IMG/VR virus record: IMGVR_UViG_3300025120_000351
Coordinates: 1 to 29,312 of that record
Length of the DNA stretch: 29,312 bases
Reading direction: 5' to 3' (one strand)
Origin: a virus
Taxonomy: Duplodnaviria; Caudoviricetes
Shown piece after piece: positions 16,496 to 25,206 of the stretch. The stretch's first letter is position 1. The number at the start of each line of letters is the position of its first letter. The notes beneath the pieces are model-generated. The model saw only the letters and a list, made by a program, of their open reading frames with translations. It was not told where the DNA came from and did not search any database. Made by a program: the position numbers and the translations under genes.

Positions 16496-18070
16496 TTATC
16501 GGCCTCTATCTAGTAGACCACCTTTTTTAAAGCTGACTCCAAACGTTGGGGTAATTTTTCCATCATTAGTAACTTGAACTCCACCTGTAATATCTTTACC
16601 AAAAAGACTTCCAAGATTTTTACTTACACCAATTGAACCAGTATCTTCTCCAAAATTATATTTTCCTGTTACATCAATACCTTTTATGTTAGTACCAAAA
16701 CCACCTACTACATCTGTTTCAGTTCCTTTAAAATTTAAATCCCTTACATTTTCAGCAGATAAAGTGTTTTGAAGTCCTACAGAAACAACACCAGGTAGAC
16801 CACCTACTTGTCCATACGCATTAAAATTTGTACCTGATAAAAGACCTTGATTAAATGCATTTAATGTAGACTGCACAGGGCTTCTTTTAAAATCTGTATT
16901 TTTAAATGAATTAATAGAAGTACCATATAAATTATAATTAAGTTTAGATTTTATTTTAGAGGCAACAGCTTTTGTTTTTGATGGTACTTTTTTAGTAAGA
17001 ATATTTTGACCTTGTTTTTTTAGATTACCTAAAAAGTTTCCACCAGTTTTTTTAGTTGGCCCAGATATATCAGCCATAGTAGGTCTACTACTAGGAGTAT
17101 TAGTACTAGTAGTACTAGGAGATTTTTGAGCAACTCTACTACTTCTACGTCCTTTTCCTGGACCACCAGGAGTTTGTCCTTGTTTACTATTATTACTTTT
17201 ATCTCTGTTATTACCACCTGGATTGCCACCATCTCTAGCTCCACCTCTACCACGACCAGCACTACCCATACCAGAAGCACCTGCTCCACTATCAGCACCA
17301 CCACCATATCTAAACCCAAGTCTAGTCATCTCTTCTTTACTAGGTTTTCTTATTGGTAAGTTAACTTCTTCTTTTTTTTCTTCAGCCATTTTCATTAAAG
17401 CTTTAGACACAGCTTCAAATCTTTTAGTTATCCCACCTAGCTTGCCATTTTTTTTAGCTTCTTTATATTCATCGTTGTTTAAAAATTCTTTAGCTGCGTC
17501 TTTGTATCTACGTTTATTTATAAGAGCACGAGTAACATCACTCTGACCTATTGAACCTCTATAGTACTCACTAAAGATAGCTTGTTGTGCGTCTTCAGGA
17601 AAGTTTTTAAAGTCAGGAAGAAGAGCATTAACTTCTTTTAATCTTACTTCTATATCTTGTTGTAATAATTTTTCCGCATCTTCTTTATCTATTCTATCAA
17701 CAGAAATGTTACCAGTTCTACCATCAATTAATAAATGACCATAACCTACTGTATCATAACCCTTTGTATCTTTATAAGGCTCAAGTCGTAGTCCTTCTGC
17801 TTGTCGAATATTTTCTTTAAACTTTTCAGCATCTATGTTAGCTCCTTTGTTAGCTTTAATACTACCAAAATATTCCTCTGTATTTAAAGGACTTTTTCTA
17901 GAATAAGTACTGCCACCATAGTTAGTAATAGAATCGTTAGCAGTATTAATAGTACCATACATCTTGTCTCCTACTTTCATAAACTCATCCATTTTTCTAC
18001 GTCTATTAGTAGGTACTGATGCCGCTAGCATTCCAAATTGTGCTAATGTTTTTTTACTTGACATTTCCAT
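16496..18070 (-). CDS. multi-domain lysozyme (GH24/T4-like) fusion, probably virion-associated; start revised from 18148
   Basis: EGLRLEPYKDTKGYDTVGYGH (E-x8-D-x5-T triad); Gly/Arg/Ser-rich linker; beta-rich C-terminus; ATG at 18070 follows upstream stop with AAGGA SD. Confidence 0.85.
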   Translation of the reverse strand: MEMSSKKTLAQFGMLAASVPTNRRRKMDEFMKVGDKMYGTINTANDSITNYGGSTYSRKSPLNTEEYFGSIKANKGANIDAEKFKENIRQAEGLRLEPYKDTKGYDTVGYGHLLIDGRTGNISVDRIDKEDAEKLLQQDIEVRLKEVNALLPDFKNFPEDAQQAIFSEYYRGSIGQSDVTRALINKRRYKDAAKEFLNNDEYKEAKKNGKLGGITKRFEAVSKALMKMAEEKKEEVNLPIRKPSKEEMTRLGFRYGGGADSGAGASGMGSAGRGRGGARDGGNPGGNNRDKSNNSKQGQTPGGPGKGRRSSRVAQKSPSTTSTNTPSSRPTMADISGPTKKTGGNFLGNLKKQGQNILTKKVPSKTKAVASKIKSKLNYNLYGTSINSFKNTDFKRSPVQSTLNAFNQGLLSGTNFNAYGQVGGLPGVVSVGLQNTLSAENVRDLNFKGTETDVVGGFGTNIKGIDVTGKYNFGEDTGSIGVSKNLGSLFGKDITGGVQVTNDGKITPTFGVSFKKGGLLDRGR

Positions 18071-18071
18071 A

Positions 18072-21000
18072 TTAATTATTCCTTTGTTGTAATCTTCTTG
18101 TAAGTTCTTTAACATACCCACCTTGATTAAACATTCTTGTTGATTCATTTCCTTGTTTAATATCTTCTTTAAAGTTAGGGTCTCCTTTATATACTAGTCC
18201 TGGTATACCTAATCTACTTAAAGCTGCTCTAACAGTAGGAAGAGGAAGAGCTTTAAAAAAACTTCTCATCATTTTATCATAAGCACCTGGAGTACCAATT
18301 GCTGTTTGAACGGGGAATTGAAGACCAGCTTGAAATATATTTTTAGCAATAGAAGTACCAGGAAAAAACTCTAAAGGATTTTGACTACCTGGACCAACTA
18401 ATTTATTAACTACAAAAGTAGGTAACCAACCCATGTTACCTGAAAGATTCATAGAGTGTGCTGCCCAAATACCTGCATCATCATCTATATTTGTTTTAAT
18501 TTCACCATATTTTACAAACTCTCTGAGATTATAAATAGCTCCATAAACTGCCAATGCTCCTGTCATTCTAAACAACTGTGCTTGTTCACCACTTTCTGCT
18601 TTAGCTATTAAAGCATTTGTTTGTGCTGACTTAGCCATAGCCCAAGAACTAAACTGTCCTATAATTCTTACCCAAGGGTCTCTACTTTGTGTAAAAAGTA
18701 ATCTATTTCCTACTGTAGGAATAATTGCATCTCTATCTGCAGACTTTAAACCAATTTTATTTAGAATAGATTTAGTAGTACTATTAGCTAGTGCATCATC
18801 TAAATTTTTAATAGAACCTAATTTTATTATGTCATCAAAATTATTAATACCTAAAGTACTTAAATGATTTAAATCTTCTACTGTTATTTTATCTATATTT
18901 TTTAAATCTTTAATAGACTTTCCACCACTTGCTTCTACTTTTAAAGCAATAGCTCTAGCAGTTTTATGCCCATCTACTATTCCTACATTAAAAGCATAAC
19001 GTCTAGATAAATTAGTTATACCTTCTAAACCTATTAGTTTAAAAAATTTTTCATTGCTCTTACCAATTAAATCAATATACCTAGCTGATTTTTGACCACC
19101 CAACTCTGCACCTTCTCCTCCAATGTAGACGTCTTTTAAAAGTTGTCGTGCTACCTGTCCATGATATAACTCTAGTGCTTCTGCTCCACCTTTTTCTTTA
19201 CTAGTTCTTCCACTAGTTCTTGCTATACCTTGTATCCAAGAACCAAAATGTCTACTATTTTGAAATGGTTGTACTAAATCACCAAGGTTAGCTATTGTAA
19301 CTTTGTCCATCATAGTTAAGTTAGCTAACGTAGAAAGAGTAGCTACTATATTTTTTGTTACTGGACTACCGTTTTTACCAAATCTTCCAAACAATGAATT
19401 AGTACTATTAATAATAGCTTCTTTATCACTTTGTAATTTTCTTGCAAGGTTAGCATCAAGGTCACTTAATTTTTTAACTCCACCTTGTTTTAAATATTGT
19501 TCATCTAATCTTTTAAAATAAGTTCTTAACAACTGTCCTTCAGGACCAAACTTTCTAGCAAATTCTACAGACTGAACACTTTTTTTAGTTAAGTCATTTA
19601 ACACTGCACCTATATCATTAACTAACCATTTTTCTATTACTTTTTCTACATCATCATAAGAACCTTGAAGTACTCTTTCTTTATTAATGTGTTCACTAAG
19701 AGGCAAAACTAATTTTTTACTAACAAATTCTTTCTCTGAATTTATAATACTTTTTTCTAAAGTACCAACTTGTGCTTGAAAATATTTTTCTGCTCTTTGT
19801 AAAGCTTGTGCTTTAGATAGTTTACTAGTAACAACAGCATCAGTACCATCTGATTTTAATCCAACTTTGATAGGGTTAGATTCACTTGCATTCTTTGTTA
19901 AATTTTGAAAAACTTTTGCCATGTCAAGCATAAAAGCTTTTTTAGATTCAGGACTATTATTAACTGTATTAAAATTAATTTTTCTAGGAAAGTAATTAGC
20001 AATAACTTCTGCTTCTTTTATACCTACTTGATTATAATAAGTTTTAAAACTATTTAAAAAATCTTTTATTCTTATTGCTAAATCTTGTGACTCTTGAGAA
20101 AATTTTCCTTTAGCTCCTCTAACAATTTTAAGAGCATCAGCTTGTGCTTCTATACTACTATTACCAATAACACCACCTTCACCATAGATAGCTCCAGTAA
20201 ATTTTTGAAAAGATGTAACAGCAGAGCTTTCAATATTATTAGAATAACCTGTAAGTTTAGCTCCTTGTCCTTTTATTATTCTACCTGTCCAATCAAGTTT
20301 AACACTAGTATCAAACTTAGGAAACATCATATTAGAAAACTCATCCATAACAGGGCCACGTTGAGATAGCTTTGATGATTGAGTAGTTGAAAATCTTATG
20401 TTTAAACTTCTACCTAAATTTTTAATGTAATTAGAATCAAGTAACTTAGCAAAACCTTTTTGTTCTAGTAAAGGAATACCTGTAACTTTTCCACTTCTTA
20501 AAGCTCTACTCATACTTCCTAACACAAAACCACTTGCCATAAATCCATAAAAACCTTCATCAGTTTCAGCAAATAATGTACCTGCAGATGCTCCCATTGC
20601 TGCACCCACAAGAGGACGAGTAAAATTAATAGCGAGTGCTCTACCTACTTGAGATTTTAAACCACCTATAGCATGAACTTGTTTAACTAATTCTAAGTTA
20701 TATTTACTTTCAGCAGTAGCTTGTTTTTCAAGAGCTTTTTTAGCTTCATTTCTTAGTTGAACTGAAAGTTTACTTAAGTCTTTTATGTTTGATAAATTTA
20801 AAAGTTTTCTTTCTTTAGGTTTTAAACCAGCATATATTTTTTTAAGACCTTTAGTATCTCCTTGAACTTCTTTAAGTTTTTGAATTACTTTTAAAACATT
20901 TTCTCTAGGTAAAATATAATTAACATAGTTGTTATCTTGAACAGCTAATTCTTTAAATAGTTTTTGTACTTCTGGAAGTTTACTTATTTTTTGTACGTCT

Positions 21001-21725
21001 GCTAATTGTTTAGCACTAAGGTTTAAACCTTTTATTTGATTTTCTTGTAGTAATTTTTTTACAGCTTCTTGTGTAACTTTATCTTTATTAAATAAATTAG
21101 GAGCAACTTTACCTGCTACTTTAGAAACACCAGCAGTAACTCCAAGAGCAATAGGAGATAATACTGCACCTGCAGCTGCACCTATAGCTATATCAGTACT
21201 AGTAACTTTTTCTCCGCTAGCTCCTTTTTTAATAGCAGTAGTACCTGCACCAACACCAGCTCCTAAAGCTGCTGTAGCTGCTGTAGCTGCTGTATATTTT
21301 TTAATTCCTTTGTAAGCTCGTCCTGCTTGTGCTGCTCTTGCCCAAGGCATAAGTAAATATACTGGGTCACTTACCATAACTAACCCACGACCACCCCATA
21401 CTGCCGCATCATTATCATACTTACCATCTTTAAATTCTGGAAACTGTTCAAAAATTTCTCTTTGTCTTTCTTGTTCTAATTCTTTAGAAGTCTTAGTAGT
21501 AACAGCAGCTTTAGTTAGTCTGTATATATCACCAAGTAAATAAGTTTCTTGTGCCGCACCATATTGAGCCTTTTTAATATCAGAAGGTTCATCAAAATTA
21601 GTTATAATTGATTCTTCTGGTACAGTAGTTGTACTTATTCCTTGCAAATATGCAGGAATATTACTTTCTTCTTTAGGTTGTTCGGTTTCTAAACCTTGCA
21701 AATATGCAGGAATATTATTTACCAT
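18072..21725 (-). CDS. large putative internal virion (ejection) protein, 1217 aa
   Basis: Size, Ala/Gly-rich hydrophobic segments, position in late arm next to lysozyme; function inferred from podovirus gene order. Confidence 0.65.
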   Translation of the reverse strand: MVNNIPAYLQGLETEQPKEESNIPAYLQGISTTTVPEESIITNFDEPSDIKKAQYGAAQETYLLGDIYRLTKAAVTTKTSKELEQERQREIFEQFPEFKDGKYDNDAAVWGGRGLVMVSDPVYLLMPWARAAQAGRAYKGIKKYTAATAATAALGAGVGAGTTAIKKGASGEKVTSTDIAIGAAAGAVLSPIALGVTAGVSKVAGKVAPNLFNKDKVTQEAVKKLLQENQIKGLNLSAKQLADVQKISKLPEVQKLFKELAVQDNNYVNYILPRENVLKVIQKLKEVQGDTKGLKKIYAGLKPKERKLLNLSNIKDLSKLSVQLRNEAKKALEKQATAESKYNLELVKQVHAIGGLKSQVGRALAINFTRPLVGAAMGASAGTLFAETDEGFYGFMASGFVLGSMSRALRSGKVTGIPLLEQKGFAKLLDSNYIKNLGRSLNIRFSTTQSSKLSQRGPVMDEFSNMMFPKFDTSVKLDWTGRIIKGQGAKLTGYSNNIESSAVTSFQKFTGAIYGEGGVIGNSSIEAQADALKIVRGAKGKFSQESQDLAIRIKDFLNSFKTYYNQVGIKEAEVIANYFPRKINFNTVNNSPESKKAFMLDMAKVFQNLTKNASESNPIKVGLKSDGTDAVVTSKLSKAQALQRAEKYFQAQVGTLEKSIINSEKEFVSKKLVLPLSEHINKERVLQGSYDDVEKVIEKWLVNDIGAVLNDLTKKSVQSVEFARKFGPEGQLLRTYFKRLDEQYLKQGGVKKLSDLDANLARKLQSDKEAIINSTNSLFGRFGKNGSPVTKNIVATLSTLANLTMMDKVTIANLGDLVQPFQNSRHFGSWIQGIARTSGRTSKEKGGAEALELYHGQVARQLLKDVYIGGEGAELGGQKSARYIDLIGKSNEKFFKLIGLEGITNLSRRYAFNVGIVDGHKTARAIALKVEASGGKSIKDLKNIDKITVEDLNHLSTLGINNFDDIIKLGSIKNLDDALANSTTKSILNKIGLKSADRDAIIPTVGNRLLFTQSRDPWVRIIGQFSSWAMAKSAQTNALIAKAESGEQAQLFRMTGALAVYGAIYNLREFVKYGEIKTNIDDDAGIWAAHSMNLSGNMGWLPTFVVNKLVGPGSQNPLEFFPGTSIAKNIFQAGLQFPVQTAIGTPGAYDKMMRSFFKALPLPTVRAALSRLGIPGLVYKGDPNFKEDIKQGNESTRMFNQGGYVKELTRRLQQRNN
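21640..21717. repeat. 24-bp exact direct repeat x2
   Basis: ccttgcaaatatgcaggaatatta at 21640-21663 and 21694-21717, encoding NIPAYLQG twice. Confidence 0.95.
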
Positions 21726-21728
21726 TTA

Positions 21729-23639
21729 TTACTCTATTGTAATAGGTTTAAATTTAAGTGTAGAAATTTTTCTGCCTTGGTCATTAGTAGTTGTGTCAAT
21801 GTAAGATTCATATTTAATACCATCTTTAGTAGTAACTTCATCTCCTATATTTAACATCATATTGTTACCTGCATAAAATTCTTCTTTGCCTGAAAAAGTT
21901 ACATCTTTAGTATAAGAATTAAGATACTCAGCTGTTACTAAATTTTTTGCTATAACATTACCAAGTTGCATTTTAGAAATGTCAGGAACAACTTCTTCCA
22001 TTTGTTTTTCTATAGTTACTTCAGATGATTCTTTTTCTTGATTTTTTTTCCAAAGATTATAAGCTTCCATTACATTTTCAGGAATTTCTGATTTTTGTTT
22101 ATCATCTAATTCAAGTAATTTTTTATCTAATACTTCAAAAGTTCGTTCTTGACCATCTATAGTAAAACTATTTCCATCATCACTTATAGAAGGAATACTT
22201 TGATTTATTAAAGTATCTTCAGGTTTTAATATTTCAGCAGTTCTTTTATCTAACATATTATAAATATTAGATAAAGTTTTTCCTTTAGCTTCTCCTTCAG
22301 TTTCCATTAATTTATCTAACTCTTGTTTTAAATATGGCATAGTATCTACTAATTCTCCATTAGAGTTTTTAACTTGAGTAGGAATGTTTTCATATAAAGG
22401 TATAATACTAGTAGGAATTATATATTGTCCTTCTATTACACCACCAAAATCAAAACCATATTGGTTACTGCTAACAGGTAAAATTCTTCTATTAATTTCA
22501 ATATTCATTCTTGCTGTTAAAGCACCAGTACTATTATCTTCTGGATTTTGAGTAGTCCAACCAGCTGTATGATAATTAGCCTCAACTATTTCTAATTGTA
22601 TAATAGCTGCTCTATTCATTAAAGCAGCAGCTTCTGGTTTAACTCCACTAATTTTTCCGCTAGCATCAAGTGTGCTAAATTTTTCTAAATCTGAACCAGG
22701 AACGTTAGCTACTACAGCATTAGCTGTTATAGTTTTAAAGTCTGTTGATTGGTCATCTCTATCTTTATCATAAGTTATTTGAATTTGTTTAAAGATTGCG
22801 TTTTCTCTTCCATCTGTAAATTTTGGAACCTGTAAATCAATTGTTTCGCCAGTACCCCTATGAATAACTAAAACTTGTTCATCTGTTTTTCCAGAATCAC
22901 TTCCTTCACCAGCTTTAAATTGATACTGTTTAGATTTTCCTGATAAGTCTGATTCTAAAACTGATTGATAACCAGCATCCATATCTCTTTGAAGTGTAGC
23001 AAGAGCTGCATCACCTGTGTCATCTTTATTAAATAATTTTTGACTTATTGTAGAAAAACTATTATCTGCAATACTTGCTTGAGCTAACTGAACTTTACTT
23101 GAATCAAAGTAATCTGTATAATTAGGTCTTTTAGGAAGAGCTGTTCCTTCATAAGTATATCCTGTAACTTTACCATCTTCTCCTACTACATCTTTTAGTT
23201 TATTTATTTCAGTATTAAGTTGAAAAGCTATACCACTATCATCATTTATTTTTGTACCAGTGTTAGGAATAATTCCTTTTGCTACTAAAACATTCATAGC
23301 AATATCTCTTTTACTAGCACCATTACTTGCTGAAGCAGATACTAAACTACTTAAAGCTTTGTCTAATTTATTAGTTGCAGCAAAATCTGTTTCATATTGA
23401 GCAGTTTCATTTGCAAATAATATATCAGCTCGTTGTCTATAGTATGCTTTATCAGCAGCAAGTTCTTCTCCTCTTGCTTTAATTAATTCTTGTCTTTCTC
23501 TCATTGCAGTTTCTGCTAAACCACCTGCAACTTGTAAAGCACCATCAGGATTTTTAACTGCTAATGCAAGAGCACCTATTCCTAGTGCACCCTTTAATAC
23601 TTTTTTAAAATTATTTTTATTATCTTCTTGTCTAGCCAT
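21729..23639 (-). CDS. putative internal virion protein, 636 aa
   Basis: ORF track; N-terminal hydrophobic segment plus coiled coil; position in late arm. Confidence 0.55.
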   Translation of the reverse strand: MARQEDNKNNFKKVLKGALGIGALALAVKNPDGALQVAGGLAETAMRERQELIKARGEELAADKAYYRQRADILFANETAQYETDFAATNKLDKALSSLVSASASNGASKRDIAMNVLVAKGIIPNTGTKINDDSGIAFQLNTEINKLKDVVGEDGKVTGYTYEGTALPKRPNYTDYFDSSKVQLAQASIADNSFSTISQKLFNKDDTGDAALATLQRDMDAGYQSVLESDLSGKSKQYQFKAGEGSDSGKTDEQVLVIHRGTGETIDLQVPKFTDGRENAIFKQIQITYDKDRDDQSTDFKTITANAVVANVPGSDLEKFSTLDASGKISGVKPEAAALMNRAAIIQLEIVEANYHTAGWTTQNPEDNSTGALTARMNIEINRRILPVSSNQYGFDFGGVIEGQYIIPTSIIPLYENIPTQVKNSNGELVDTMPYLKQELDKLMETEGEAKGKTLSNIYNMLDKRTAEILKPEDTLINQSIPSISDDGNSFTIDGQERTFEVLDKKLLELDDKQKSEIPENVMEAYNLWKKNQEKESSEVTIEKQMEEVVPDISKMQLGNVIAKNLVTAEYLNSYTKDVTFSGKEEFYAGNNMMLNIGDEVTTKDGIKYESYIDTTTNDQGRKISTLKFKPITIE

Positions 23640-24265
23640 TATACTAACTCCTCTTCTTCTGTATCAGAAACTCCTAAGTCTTCTGCCTTAGGTAACTCTT
23701 TTACTCTTGCAAGTAAAGAAGGTTCAACACTAGATTTTCTAATTGCTTTTGGTTTCATATCTTTTAATTGTTTTTCTGACTCTTCCATATATATATCTTT
23801 TTGCTCATCATTTAAATCTTCATCTTCATCTTCATAAATTACAGGCTCAATATCATTTTGTTCTGCTATTGCAATAAGAAGATACATTAAAGGCTCAATA
23901 CAAAGTAACATTAAGTCAGGATTAATCTTACCACTTGTCATAGAAGTATAAAGTATTACTTGAACCATTTCATCAATAGGAGTATTGTTTAAATACTTAC
24001 CTAACAACTCTATATAGTTCTCTTCTTCAGTCATTTTTAAAAACAAGTCTTCAATAAAAGGTCTTACTTCAGTATAATCTGGTGCTGTTTCCCATGGAAA
24101 TTTTGATTCAGTAGGGCTAGTTAAACTTTCACCTGGAGTAGGAGCATTAAAGGGGTCAACACTATTACCATCTCTTAAAGCTATCTGTCCTTTAGTGTCA
24201 TTAATAGGAGCCTCAGCTTCTTGAGTTTCTAGTTGTTGTTGTATATTTATATTTTCTTCAGCCAT
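23639..24265 (-). CDS. conserved acidic phage protein (208 aa)
   Basis: ORF track; APTPGESLT...PWE motif; TAATG overlap with downstream gene. Confidence 0.75.
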   Translation of the reverse strand: MAEENINIQQQLETQEAEAPINDTKGQIALRDGNSVDPFNAPTPGESLTSPTESKFPWETAPDYTEVRPFIEDLFLKMTEEENYIELLGKYLNNTPIDEMVQVILYTSMTSGKINPDLMLLCIEPLMYLLIAIAEQNDIEPVIYEDEDEDLNDEQKDIYMEESEKQLKDMKPKAIRKSSVEPSLLARVKELPKAEDLGVSDTEEEELV

Positions 24266-24266
24266 T

Positions 24267-24425
24267 TTATTTATCCTTTAATAATTCATCCAAAGGGTTC
24301 TCTGGTAAATTTAATTTTTTCTTTCTTTGTTTTTCTTTTTTTTCTTTAAGTTGATTAAAATCAAACTCAAGTTGTTTTTCTATGTCTTCTTGTTTTTTCT
24401 GCGATTCTCTTTGGTTGCTTAACAT
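24267..24425 (-). CDS. hypothetical protein (52 aa) overlapping upstream gene
   Basis: MLSNQRESQ...ELLKDK; AAGGG before ATG at 24425; stop lies 1 nt before next start. Confidence 0.5.
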   Translation of the reverse strand: MLSNQRESQKKQEDIEKQLEFDFNQLKEKKEKQRKKKLNLPENPLDELLKDK

Positions 24426-24615
24426 GTTGTTTGCCCTTTCGAGTGCCTTTACGTTTAGCTTTAGTTGTAGCAGCATATTCGGCTGCAGTCAAAGACTTAA
24501 TAGCAGCTGACGGAAGATAACGTTCTCCTGTTTCACTACTTTTTTTTCCAGATTTAGTTCGCCATACTTGTTTTGTCCACTGTTTAAGAGATTTTTGAGA
24601 TTTTTTTAACGCCAT
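24367..24615 (-). CDS. small highly basic conserved phage protein (82 aa)
   Basis: SLKQWTKQVWRTKSGK..TGERYLP..AIKSL..AEYAATT pattern (resembles DUF5872 C-terminal part). Confidence 0.8.
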   Translation of the reverse strand: MALKKSQKSLKQWTKQVWRTKSGKKSSETGERYLPSAAIKSLTAAEYAATTKAKRKGTRKGKQHVKQPKRIAEKTRRHRKTT

Positions 24616-24618
24616 AAT

Positions 24619-24795
24619 TTAACTTTTGTAACCACCACCAGCAGCTTTATAAGCTTTAGCTAGCATCTGAGCTTTACGAGCAGACCATTGTCCAGCCTTA
24701 CCACCTTTAGTGCCAGCTTTAATTCTATTAAATATACGCTTACGCATTGCAGGCTTAGTATAGTTACCAGCCTCATTTACTTTACTTTTAGCCAT
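24619..24795 (-). CDS. small highly basic conserved phage protein (58 aa)
   Basis: Manually translated MAKSKVNEAGNYTKPAMRKRIFNRIKAGTKGGKAGQWSARKAQMLAKAYKAAGGGYKS (resembles DUF5872 N-terminal part); AAGGA SD. Confidence 0.85.
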   Translation of the reverse strand: MAKSKVNEAGNYTKPAMRKRIFNRIKAGTKGGKAGQWSARKAQMLAKAYKAAGGGYKS

Positions 24796-24809
24796 TTGTT
24801 ATTTTCCTT

Positions 24810-24953
24810 TTAAATCTTTTGCCATTGTTGTTTCAAAGTTTGTTTTAATTTATTTCTTGATAACTTTTTTTTATTAGGAAGTACTTGACTTTGATTTTGA
24901 TTTGTTTGTAACAAAATTTTTGCTACTGGATTACTTTTAAGTTTTTGGTCCAT
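24810..24953 (-). CDS. small basic protein (47 aa)
   Basis: Manually translated MDQKLKSNPVAKILLQ...QQWQKI; fills the gap exactly. Confidence 0.6.
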   Translation of the reverse strand: MDQKLKSNPVAKILLQTNQNQSQVLPNKKKLSRNKLKQTLKQQWQKI

Positions 24954-24954
24954 C

Positions 24955-25206
24955 TTACCAAGCTTTACAGCTCCAGTATCTAGCTGTTAATTTACTAAGT
25001 TTACCTTTATCACATCCATGTCTAGCTCTAAAAGATTTTTTACGAGCAGGAATGTTTTTCTTTATAGTCATATTAGCATCACCAAAACGAATCATCTTAA
25101 TAGTCTTACCTTCTTTAGCTAACACTACAGATTTTTTACCGCCTTTAATAGAACGCTTTGGTTTATTGTAACCAGAAAATCTTTCTCCTCTGTATTCAAT
25201 AGACAT
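24955..25206 (-). CDS. small basic conserved phage protein (83 aa, DUF6321-like)
   Basis: GYNKPKR, IRFGDANM, RKKSFRARHGC, ARYWSC.AW pattern. Confidence 0.8.
   Translation of the reverse strand: MSIEYRGERFSGYNKPKRSIKGGKKSVVLAKEGKTIKMIRFGDANMTIKKNIPARKKSFRARHGCDKGKLSKLTARYWSCKAW

Noticed and set aside
18071-18148. N-terminal extension of the lysozyme ORF to 18148
   Set aside because: ATG at 18070 has a good SD and sits right after the upstream stop; the extension would overlap that gene by 77 nt.
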